This document shows, piece after piece, positions 44,783 through 53,006 of a stretch of DNA of 53,006 bases. Position 1 is the first letter of the stretch, and every line of letters starts with the position of its first letter. A model generated the notes under the pieces. That model ran no database searches, had not been told where the DNA came from, and saw only the letters and a list, made by a program, of their open reading frames with translations. A program made the translations under genes and the position numbers. The DNA comes from Candidatus Moraniibacteriota bacterium (lineage in GTDB: Bacteria > Patescibacteriota > Minisyncoccia > Moranbacterales > UBA2206). The stretch is from positions 1 through 53,006 of the forward strand of contig JAUXSI010000026.1 in NCBI GenBank assembly GCA_030679985.1. The letters run 5' to 3'.

Positions 44783-45466
44783 ATGGGAAGAAGAAATATT
44801 AAAAATAAGCTAATCATCCTTTTTGGCATAATGATTATGGCGGCTTTCATATTTTCGGATTCCCAGGCGGTTTTGGTCCGGCGTGCCAGTATGGCCGGTT
44901 TTGACGCGGGAGGATATTTCAATGCCGGCTATCCGTTGGGAATCCTTGATCTTGATACATATGCCGCAGGTCAATGTGAAAATCAGATGGACGGAAAAGT
45001 GTGCTCGGAACTGTGTCCCGGAACGGTCAAAGGTGAAGAAATAATAGTTTCGGAGGGAGAGAGCGTGCCAGCGGAACCGGCGATCGTGCCTCCCGTGGAA
45101 AAGGTGGAAGTGATTCCGGCGCAACCGGAAGTCCCGTCTGCGCCCAAGGTCGCGGCAAAAAAAGCCAGTAGTAAGACGAAGCCTGCCGCGGTGGCGGTGA
45201 ATCCTCCGAAAATGACGGCTGGCCGGGGAGTCCGGATAGGCGTGGCGGGTCCGATCGCCGGAAAAACGAAAGTGGTCAATGGCCAGCGGGTCTGTCCCAA
45301 AAAGAACGACCATCCGGCTAAGAGTGATAGGAACAAGCCAGGTCATATCGACGCCGAATGTTGTCTGGATCCGGATGAGACCCCGAACGCGAACTGTTAT
45401 TATCCGCCGGAAAAGTACGGCAAGCTTATCCAGCGGTATCTGGCCGGCAAGAAAAACAAGAAATAA
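44783..45466 (+). CDS. Exported Cys-rich hypothetical protein with Pro/Ala/Lys linker
   Basis: N-terminal signal/TM; C..C...C cluster; C-terminal CPKKNDHP...ECCLDPDETPNANC. Confidence 0.7.
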   Translation: MGRRNIKNKLIILFGIMIMAAFIFSDSQAVLVRRASMAGFDAGGYFNAGYPLGILDLDTYAAGQCENQMDGKVCSELCPGTVKGEEIIVSEGESVPAEPAIVPPVEKVEVIPAQPEVPSAPKVAAKKASSKTKPAAVAVNPPKMTAGRGVRIGVAGPIAGKTKVVNGQRVCPKKNDHPAKSDRNKPGHIDAECCLDPDETPNANCYYPPEKYGKLIQRYLAGKKNKK

Positions 45467-45567
45467 TTCTTGCCGTAGCGGGGATATTCTGGTTTAATGG
45501 CAATACCGCAACGGAACCGATTCGCGATGGAGCGATCGCATGCCGGGTTTGGCCGCGGAGCAATCTT

Positions 45568-48453
45568 ATGGACAAAATAGTCATCAAAGGCGCCAGGGAA
45601 CACAATTTGAAGAATATAGACCTGGAATTGCCGCGCGATAAATTCATAGTCTTTACGGGTATCAGCGGGTCGGGCAAATCGACCTTGGCTTTTGATACGA
45701 TTTTTGCCGAAGGCCAGCGGCGGTATTTGGAAAGCCTATCTTCTTACGCCCGGCAATTCTTGGGCCAGATGGACAAGCCGGACGTGGATTATATCGAAGG
45801 CTTGTCGCCGGCCATCTCCATTTCGCAGAAAGCCGCTTCACAGAATCCGCGCTCGACGGTCGGCACGGTGACGGAAATCCATGACTATCTGCGTCTGCTG
45901 TTCGCCAAGATCGGTATCCCGCATTGTCCGGTTTGCGGACGCGAGATCGCCAAGCTTTCCACGGATGAAATCGTGGATCGGGTGATCGGAATCGGCGAGG
46001 GCCGGGAAATTGAAATTCTGGCGCCGATCGTACGGCAACGGAAGGGCGAATATTCTTCGCTGTTGGAGGAGATGTGGAAGCGGGGATTTTCCGGCGCTTA
46101 TATTAATGGCAAAAAAATCGAATTGTCGGCCAAGGCGGGCGCGGCGGCCAAATTGGAGAGATATAAAAAGCACAACATCGATATCACGGTGGATACCGTG
46201 AAGATCCAGGATGGGAATATCTCGCGGATTTTTGAAGACGTGGAGAAAGCTTTGAAATTGGCGGATGGTTTAGTGAAAATAAAAATCCAAAACTCAAAAT
46301 CCAAAAATAAATCAGAATCGGAATTTGTGTATAATCAGAAATTATCTTGCCCAGTGCACGAAGTGGAATTCCCAGCGCTGGAGCCGCGGTTGTTTTCTTT
46401 CAATTCGCCGTATGGCGCGTGTCCCGCTTGTGAAGGTTTGGGCACGAAAAAAGAAATCGATCCCGACCTGGTCATCCCCGACAATACCAAGACTATCGCG
46501 GAGGGTGGGGTTTTCCCGTGGAATTTCAAAAAAAACAATTATTATGGCGGCGTGCTGTTGTCGGTATGCAAATACTTCCATATCGCGGATAATGTCAGGA
46601 TCAAAGATTTGCCCGAACGCCAATTGAACATCCTGTTGTTCGGGGCGGCGGACGCGGAGGATATGGTTCCGGAAGAAGATGCGGAGGAAGTGCCGATCAA
46701 AGTGCGGGCCAAGACCGGCACGAGCTGGAGTTTCCATATGCGCTGGCGCGGAGTGACCGGTTTTTTGCAAGACCGTTATTTCAAGACCGAATCGGAGGCG
46801 GTGCGCGAAGGCATCGAAAAATATATGTCGCAGAATCCCTGCTCGGTTTGCAAGGGCAAAAGATATAAACCGGAAGTTTTACTGGTGACGGTCGGAGGCA
46901 GGAATATCGCCGGCGTGTCGGATGTGAGCGTGGCGGATTCGCTGGATTTTTTCAAAAAATTGGAAATAAACAAGACTGAGGAGTTGATCGCGGGCAGGAT
47001 TTTGAAGGAAATCCAAGCGCGGCTCGGATTTTTGGAAAACGTCGGATTGGGCTATCTGACTTTGTCGCGCTCTGCGGCTACTTTGGCGGGCGGCGAATCG
47101 CAACGGATCCGTTTGGCTTCGCAGATCGGTTCGCAGTTGGTAGGGGTGCTGTATATTTTGGACGAGCCGTCCATCGGATTGCACGCGCGGGACAATACCA
47201 AATTACTCGACACGCTTTTGCAGCTGCGCGATATCGGCAATACCCTGATCGTGATCGAACATGACGAGGAGACGATGCGCGAGGCGGATTATCTGGTGGA
47301 TATCGGACCGGGCGCGGGACGTTTGGGCGGGGAAATCGTAGCCCAAGGCACGCCGGAGGAAGTGATGAAAAACCAGAAATCCTTGACGGCCAAGTATCTG
47401 AACCATGAACTCAAAATCGAAGTGCCGGCGGCGCGGCGCGGCGTAAAGAATAAGAAATGGCTGGTGGTGCGTGGGGCGCGGGAAAATAATTTGAAAAACG
47501 TGACGGTGGAATTTCCTCTGAAGGTCTTGACGGTGGTGACCGGAGTGTCCGGTTCGGGCAAATCGACGCTGGTGGAAGATATATTATATAAAACCTTATC
47601 GAGCAAACTGATGCGTTCCTTGGAAAAACCGGGCAAGCACTCGGAAATCATCGGCTTGCAGCATATTAACAAAGTGATTATGATCGACCAGTCGCCGATC
47701 GGCCGCACGCCCAGATCGAACCCCGCGACGTATTCCGGGCTTTTCACGCCGATCCGCGAACTGTTCGCTTCGACCAAGGGGGCGAAAAGCAAAGGTTACG
47801 GGCCAGGCCGCTTTTCTTTCAATGTGAAGGGCGGGCGGTGCGACAACTGCCAGGGCGAGGGCCATATCAAGATCGAGATGCAATTTATGCCGGACGTCTA
47901 TCTGCCGTGCGATGTGTGCAAAGGCAAGCGGTACAACCGGGAAACCCTGGAAGTCAGATATAAGGAAAAAAATATTTCCGAGGTTTTGGATATGACCGTT
48001 TCGGAAGCCAAAGATTTTTTCCAGAGCTTCCATGATATTTATGACAAGTTAGCGGTTTTGGAAGATGTCGGTTTGGGCTATATCCATCTGGGCCAATCAG
48101 CCACCACGCTTTCCGGCGGAGAGGCGCAACGGATCAAATTGGCCACCGAGCTTTCTCGGCGCGCTACCGGCGATACGCTCTACATTTTGGACGAGCCGAC
48201 GACCGGCCTGCACTTCGACGACATTAAGAAATTATTGATCGTCCTAAACCGCCTGGTGGACGCGGGCAATACGGTAATCGTGATCGAGCACAATATGGAT
48301 GTCATCAAGACGGCCGATTGGATCATCGACTTGGGTCCGGAAGGCGGCGACCAGGGCGGGCGCGTCATCGTGACTGGCTCTCCGGAAGATGTCGCCACTT
48401 ACTATGAAGAAAGCTATACTGCGAAATATCTGCGGGATTTTTTGAAACGCTGA
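45568..48453 (+). CDS. uvrA: Excinuclease ABC subunit A (copy 1)
   Basis: GAREHNLKN, GISGSGKS, EGQRRY.ESLSSYARQ, two ABC cassettes, Zn-finger Cys pairs. Confidence 0.98.
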   Translation: MDKIVIKGAREHNLKNIDLELPRDKFIVFTGISGSGKSTLAFDTIFAEGQRRYLESLSSYARQFLGQMDKPDVDYIEGLSPAISISQKAASQNPRSTVGTVTEIHDYLRLLFAKIGIPHCPVCGREIAKLSTDEIVDRVIGIGEGREIEILAPIVRQRKGEYSSLLEEMWKRGFSGAYINGKKIELSAKAGAAAKLERYKKHNIDITVDTVKIQDGNISRIFEDVEKALKLADGLVKIKIQNSKSKNKSESEFVYNQKLSCPVHEVEFPALEPRLFSFNSPYGACPACEGLGTKKEIDPDLVIPDNTKTIAEGGVFPWNFKKNNYYGGVLLSVCKYFHIADNVRIKDLPERQLNILLFGAADAEDMVPEEDAEEVPIKVRAKTGTSWSFHMRWRGVTGFLQDRYFKTESEAVREGIEKYMSQNPCSVCKGKRYKPEVLLVTVGGRNIAGVSDVSVADSLDFFKKLEINKTEELIAGRILKEIQARLGFLENVGLGYLTLSRSAATLAGGESQRIRLASQIGSQLVGVLYILDEPSIGLHARDNTKLLDTLLQLRDIGNTLIVIEHDEETMREADYLVDIGPGAGRLGGEIVAQGTPEEVMKNQKSLTAKYLNHELKIEVPAARRGVKNKKWLVVRGARENNLKNVTVEFPLKVLTVVTGVSGSGKSTLVEDILYKTLSSKLMRSLEKPGKHSEIIGLQHINKVIMIDQSPIGRTPRSNPATYSGLFTPIRELFASTKGAKSKGYGPGRFSFNVKGGRCDNCQGEGHIKIEMQFMPDVYLPCDVCKGKRYNRETLEVRYKEKNISEVLDMTVSEAKDFFQSFHDIYDKLAVLEDVGLGYIHLGQSATTLSGGEAQRIKLATELSRRATGDTLYILDEPTTGLHFDDIKKLLIVLNRLVDAGNTVIVIEHNMDVIKTADWIIDLGPEGGDQGGRVIVTGSPEDVATYYEESYTAKYLRDFLKR

Positions 48454-48469
48454 TAGCCTCGACGACCCT

Positions 48470-49774
48470 ATGGATATGATAAAGATAATTGAAAAAGCCA
48501 AGACCTTGCCGCAGGATCCCGGGGTGTATATTTTTCGCGATGCGAAGAAGGAAATTATTTACGTCGGTAAGGCGACGGATTTGAGGTCGCGGGTCAGCTC
48601 ATACTTCCGCAATTATAAGGGCAGTGATCGGCCGATCGAAGCGATGATCCATCAAGTGGAAAGCGTCGAGGTGGAAGAAACGGATTCGGTTCTGGACGCG
48701 TTGATCCTGGAGGCCAACCTTATCCGGAAGCATCAGCCGAAATATAACGTGCTGGGGAAGGACGATAAATCGTTCGCGTATTTCGCCATAACCGAAGAAG
48801 AATTTCCGCGGGTGGTGATTTTGAGAGAAACAGAAATAGATAAAATTTCAAATTTTAAATTTCAAATTTCAAATAAAATCCAAAAAATAAAATCCAAAAA
48901 AGTAGATAAAATAGTCTATGCTAAAGTTTTTGGACCATACACTTCAAAGAAGCAGATGGAAATCGCGCTGAAAATAATCCGGAGAATTTTCCCTTTCCAT
49001 TCAAATAAGCAAAAAACGGAAAAGGGCTGCCTGGATTTCCAACTGGGCCGATGCCCGGGGCCATACGCGCGGGCGATTTCCAAAGCGGATTACCGGAAAA
49101 ATATCCGGGGCATCCGGATGATTTTGGAGGGCAAGAAAAAGAATCTGCTTGGAAAATTGGAAAGGGAAATGGAATTATTGGCGGAAAGCGATGAATTCGA
49201 AAAAGCCGCCGAGGTACGGAATAAGATTTTCGCCTTGAAGCATATCCAGGACGTGGCGCTTATTTCGTCCGGAGGCGATAAATTACAAATTACAAATTCA
49301 AAACTATTCCGAGTGGAGGCCTATGACATCTCCAATATTTCCGGCCGGCAAGCGGTGGGTTCGATGGCCGTATTTGAGAATGGCGAGCCGAATAAAAACG
49401 AATATCGCAAATTCCGCATAAAGACCGTGGAAGGCGCCAACGATGTGGCGATGATGGGCGAGGTCCTGCTGCGGCGCTTCAAGAACGCGTGGCGGCAGCC
49501 GGACCTGATATTGCTGGATGGCGGGCAGGGACATCTGAATATGGCGCAAAAACTTCTGTATGATCTGGGGTTGGCGATTCCGCTGGCGGCAGTGGCGAAA
49601 GGCCCGACCAGGAAAAAGATAGAAGTCAGGGTCCCGTCCGATCCGGCGTCCGGTTTTTCCAAAGAGATTGAGAATATATTGCGTGACAAATCGTTACTTA
49701 AAAACATTATGGACGAAGCGCACCGTTTCGCGGTCAGCTATCATCGGAAAGTGAGGAAAAGCGAGTTTATTTGA
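48470..49774 (+). CDS. uvrC: Excinuclease ABC subunit C, short form lacking HhH domain
   Basis: GIY-YIG (PGVY...IYVGKA..L.SRV.SYF), UVR (FEKAAEVR), RNase H-like (EAYDISN, LLDGG.G, DEAHRFA); ends before the HhH domain. Confidence 0.92.
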   Translation: MDMIKIIEKAKTLPQDPGVYIFRDAKKEIIYVGKATDLRSRVSSYFRNYKGSDRPIEAMIHQVESVEVEETDSVLDALILEANLIRKHQPKYNVLGKDDKSFAYFAITEEEFPRVVILRETEIDKISNFKFQISNKIQKIKSKKVDKIVYAKVFGPYTSKKQMEIALKIIRRIFPFHSNKQKTEKGCLDFQLGRCPGPYARAISKADYRKNIRGIRMILEGKKKNLLGKLEREMELLAESDEFEKAAEVRNKIFALKHIQDVALISSGGDKLQITNSKLFRVEAYDISNISGRQAVGSMAVFENGEPNKNEYRKFRIKTVEGANDVAMMGEVLLRRFKNAWRQPDLILLDGGQGHLNMAQKLLYDLGLAIPLAAVAKGPTRKKIEVRVPSDPASGFSKEIENILRDKSLLKNIMDEAHRFAVSYHRKVRKSEFI

Positions 49775-49845
49775 CCTTTGCCCGGCGGTATCGGCGCGGA
49801 TTTGTCGCGGAAGCCGGGGGTCGGGAATCTAAGCGGCCCGGTTCC

Positions 49846-49874
49846 TTTACAAAGACGTCGGAATGCTCTAAAAT
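49846..49874 (+). promoter_or_regulatory. Promoter of the second uvrA
   Basis: TTTACA-17 bp-TAAAAT. Confidence 0.55.
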
Positions 49875-49920
49875 AATTATTTAGAATATCGTTTTTTACT
49901 CCTAACAACTATTTACAAAT

Positions 49921-52773
49921 ATGGCCAAAGTCACTCCAAAAGTCAGGGATAAGATCATTATCAGAGGCGCCCGGGTCAATAATCTGAAAAACGTGGATAT
50001 CGATGTGCCACGGGACCAATTGGTGGTCGTGACGGGCTTGTCCGGATCGGGAAAATCATCCTTGGCGTTCGACGTGATTTATGCCGAAGGCAATCGCCGG
50101 TATTTGGAGGGGATGTCTTCATATGCGCGGCAATTTTTGGACGTGGGGGCGAAGCCCGATGTGGATAAAGTGGAGAACCTGAGCCCGACGATTTCCATCG
50201 ACCAGAAAAGTTTGAGCCGCAGTCCGCGCTCGACAGTCGGGACGCTGACGGAAATTTATGATTATCTGCGTGTGCTGTTCGCCAAGGTCGGCGCGCCGCA
50301 TTGTCCGAAATGCGGCACCGTGATGACCCGCAAGAGCAACCAGGAAATGCTGGATGAGCTTTTGGGATTGCCGGATCAGACGCAGGTATCGATCCTGGCC
50401 AGGCTAAAGGACGACGGCAAGAATTCCAAAGAGATTTTGCGCGGCATAAGCCAGATCGGCTATGCGCGTGCGCGCCTCAATGGCAAGATAATGCTAGTCA
50501 GCGAAGCCTTGATGATCGCCAGCGAGCAGTTTGAGAATGCGATCGAAGTCGTAGTGGATCGGGTAGCCATCAAACACAAGAATCCGGATAGCGAAAGGAT
50601 TTTGGATTCGATTGAAACGGCTTTGAAAGTCGGCAACGGTTCTATCACGGTTTCGATCAATAATGTCGAAGACCGGGTATATAATAAGGATTTCGTCTGC
50701 CACGATTGCCATACGCGGATTTCGGAAATAACCCCCCGCCATTTTTCTTTCAATAGTCCGGAAGGAGCTTGTGTCCACTGTTCCGGCTTGGGCATTACCA
50801 AAGAGGTCGATATCGACCTGGTGATGCCCAATAAGAATCTGACGCTCGCGGAGGGGGCGATTTTGCCGTGGAGCAAAACGAACGGCCGCGGCAACGGACA
50901 TAATAATTATCTCCATATATTGGAAGTTTTGGGAAAGGAATATGGTTTTTCAGTGGCGTTGCCGGTCAAGAAACTCTCCCCGGAAGCATTGGAAATGATC
51001 TTTTACGGCCCGGAAAAAAAAGAGCTCTTGCTTGAGCAGAAGGACGATATGGGTGGCGTGAAAGAAGTGCGGGTGATGTTCGATGGCGTGGTCCCGATTC
51101 TTAAAAGGAAATACCAGGAAGCCAGTTCGGATTATGTCCGGAATGATTTGGAAAAATATATGCTGGAAAAAACCTGTCCGGTCTGCGCCGGCCAAAGGTT
51201 GAAGGATAAGTTTTTGGCAGTGATGGTCAGTGGAAAATCGATTGACGATGTGGTGAAGATGGACTTGGCCAAATTCGTGGCATTTTTAGAGGAGTTGGCC
51301 GGCGATTCGAAAGCGGACAGCTCGAGAAGGGATATTGCCGCGCCTTTGATCAAGGAGATGAAGTTGAAAACCGAAGCGCTGATAAATGTCGGATTGGAAT
51401 ATCTTTCGCTTTCCCGCGGAGCCAATTCGATTTCAGGCGGCGAAGCCCAGCGGATCAGGCTGGCAACCCAGATCGGTTCTGAACTGATGGGCATCACCTA
51501 TGTCCTGGACGAGCCGTCTATCGGATTGCATAACCGCGATACGGAAAAATTGATCGCGACGATGCAAGCCTTGAAAGAAGCCGGCAATTCATTGATCGTG
51601 GTGGAGCACGATGACGACATCATCCGCAAGGCCGACTGGATAATCGATATGGGGCCGGGCGCGGGAGAAGAGGGCGGACAGGTCATTTTTCAAGGCGATT
51701 TCAAAAAGTTGTTGGATTCCAAAAACTTGACCGCCCAATATCTGACCGGCAAGAAAAAAGTCGCGGATAAGAAATCTTTCCGCAAGGGCAACAACAAATC
51801 AATCGAAATTATCGGAGCCAAGGAACATAATTTGAAAAAAATAGACGTGGAGATTCCGCTGGGGAAATTCGTTTCCATTACGGGCGTATCGGGTTCCGGC
51901 AAGTCGACCTTGGTTTCGGACATTCTGGCGAAAGCGCTGGCAAGGCATTTTTTCGGCGCCAAAGATATGCCGGGAGCGCATAGCAAGATCAAGGGATTGA
52001 ATAATATCGATAAAGTCATCAGCATCAACCAGTCCCCGATCGGTCGGACCCCGCGTTCCAATGCCGCGACTTATACGGGCGTGTTTTCCTTGATCCGCGA
52101 ATTGTTCGTTTCTACGGAAGAAGCCAGTAGCCGGGGATATACCCCGAGCCGGTTCAGTTTCAATATGAAGGGCGGACGATGCGAAGTTTGCCAAGGCGAC
52201 GGAACTAAGAAAATCGAGATGCATCTTTTGCCGGATATGTATGTCAAATGCGAATCCTGCGGCGGCACGAGATATAACCAGAAGACGCTTGATATCGAAT
52301 ATCAGGGAGTGAATATCGCCGAAGTGCTGGATATGAGCGTTTCCTACGCGCTATGTTTTTTCAAAAAATCACCCTTGGTGGTGGAAAAACTGCGGACTCT
52401 CGAACAGGTCGGCCTGGGCTATTTGAAATTGGGCCAGAGCGCGACCAATCTGTCCGGCGGCGAGGCGCAAAGGATCAAGCTGGCGACGGAGCTTTCCCGG
52501 AAATCGACCGGTAAGACATTGTATATCTTGGATGAGCCGACCATCGGTTTGCATTTTGAAGACGTGAAGAGGCTATTAGGCGTCTTGGACGCGCTGGTGG
52601 ACAAGGGCAATTCGGTGCTGGTGGTCGAGCATAACATCGATGTCATCCGCAATTCCGATTGGGTGATCGATCTCGGACCGGACGGCGGCGACAAAGGCGG
52701 AGAGGTCGTTTTTGCCGGAACTCCGGACAAGTTGAAAAACGCCAAAAGGAGCTGGACGGGGAAATATCTCTAG
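49921..52773 (+). CDS. uvrA: Excinuclease ABC subunit A (diverged paralog, copy 2)
   Basis: [43 protein letters not shown] signatures, Zn-finger Cys pairs. Confidence 0.95.
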   Translation: MAKVTPKVRDKIIIRGARVNNLKNVDIDVPRDQLVVVTGLSGSGKSSLAFDVIYAEGNRRYLEGMSSYARQFLDVGAKPDVDKVENLSPTISIDQKSLSRSPRSTVGTLTEIYDYLRVLFAKVGAPHCPKCGTVMTRKSNQEMLDELLGLPDQTQVSILARLKDDGKNSKEILRGISQIGYARARLNGKIMLVSEALMIASEQFENAIEVVVDRVAIKHKNPDSERILDSIETALKVGNGSITVSINNVEDRVYNKDFVCHDCHTRISEITPRHFSFNSPEGACVHCSGLGITKEVDIDLVMPNKNLTLAEGAILPWSKTNGRGNGHNNYLHILEVLGKEYGFSVALPVKKLSPEALEMIFYGPEKKELLLEQKDDMGGVKEVRVMFDGVVPILKRKYQEASSDYVRNDLEKYMLEKTCPVCAGQRLKDKFLAVMVSGKSIDDVVKMDLAKFVAFLEELAGDSKADSSRRDIAAPLIKEMKLKTEALINVGLEYLSLSRGANSISGGEAQRIRLATQIGSELMGITYVLDEPSIGLHNRDTEKLIATMQALKEAGNSLIVVEHDDDIIRKADWIIDMGPGAGEEGGQVIFQGDFKKLLDSKNLTAQYLTGKKKVADKKSFRKGNNKSIEIIGAKEHNLKKIDVEIPLGKFVSITGVSGSGKSTLVSDILAKALARHFFGAKDMPGAHSKIKGLNNIDKVISINQSPIGRTPRSNAATYTGVFSLIRELFVSTEEASSRGYTPSRFSFNMKGGRCEVCQGDGTKKIEMHLLPDMYVKCESCGGTRYNQKTLDIEYQGVNIAEVLDMSVSYALCFFKKSPLVVEKLRTLEQVGLGYLKLGQSATNLSGGEAQRIKLATELSRKSTGKTLYILDEPTIGLHFEDVKRLLGVLDALVDKGNSVLVVEHNIDVIRNSDWVIDLGPDGGDKGGEVVFAGTPDKLKNAKRSWTGKYL

Positions 52774-52935
52774 AAATTTTTAATTTCCAATTTTTAATTT
52801 TATAAATACCTGCCTGCCGGTAGGCGGGAATCATAAATTTTAAATTTTTTAAACCTATATTTATCCAATCGATATTTTAGGTATTAAAAATTAAAACATT
52901 ATTTAAAAAATTATAAAATTAAAAATTATAAAATT
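52774..52935. repeat. AT-rich heptamer-based inverted repeat with nested CCTGCCTGCCGGTAGGCGGG (52809-52828)
   Basis: AATTTTT/AATTTCC heptamers; perfect 16-bp arms AATTTTTAATTTTATA (52789-52804) / TATAAAATTAAAAATT (52912-52927). Confidence 0.8.
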
Positions 52936-53006
52936 GTGTCCAGCAATCTTTCTAAGCACATCCTTACGACCCTAGTTTATTATGACGTTATGGATTATCC
53001 GATGAC
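52936..53006 (+). CDS. Start of a CDS cut by the window edge (VSSNLSKHILTTLVYYDVMDYPM...)
   Basis: GTG start, frame open to the end; IL.TL.Y.D..DYP resembles an N-terminus recalled from CPR hypothetical proteins (unverified). Confidence 0.55.
   Translation, partial: MSSNLSKHILTTLVYYDVMDYPM

Noticed and set aside
49775..49845. GC-rich stem region after uvrC as a tRNA or ncRNA
   Set aside because: No cloverleaf or T-loop consensus; only a loose CCCGGC/GCCGGG hairpin.

Overview
Bacterial chromosomal segment (code 11). Gene content and style suggest Patescibacteria/CPR, probably Parcubacteria; this is an inference from few Shine-Dalgarno sites, a CPR-style TrmB regulator, a short UvrC, a giant surface protein and CCTGCCTGCCGGCAGGCAGG palindromes. 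The housekeeping backbone is: 3' part of rpoC, ftsK, rodZ-like, recA, rpsF-ssb-rpsR-efp, ychF, manB, trpS, rnj, manC, an SIS sugar isomerase, a family-5 ABC solute-binding protein, secG, a holin-family membrane protein, and uvrB, uvrA, uvrC and a second uvrA. Accessory content: (1) an AT-richer cassette of a divergent TrmB regulator, NodU/CmcH carbamoyltransferase, unannotated 57-aa ORF, SelO-like kinase-fold protein and RaSEA-like radical SAM enzyme, the best candidate for an undescribed modification/biosynthetic system; (2) a divergent stand-alone RelA/SpoT-type synthetase after uvrB; (3) a WxL/DUF916-like surface locus with an 1842-aa tailspike-like protein. Non-coding signals include a recurrent promoter-proximal CGGGTGA terminator-like hairpin, three covarying intergenic hairpin repeats with a nested 20-bp palindrome, heptamer-repeat tracts in frame inside uvrA and uvrC, a probable attenuator upstream of rpsF, and several microproteins missing from the ORF track. 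No tRNA, rRNA, CRISPR array, transposase or integrase was seen. All family assignments come from motif recognition by eye, not from database searches.
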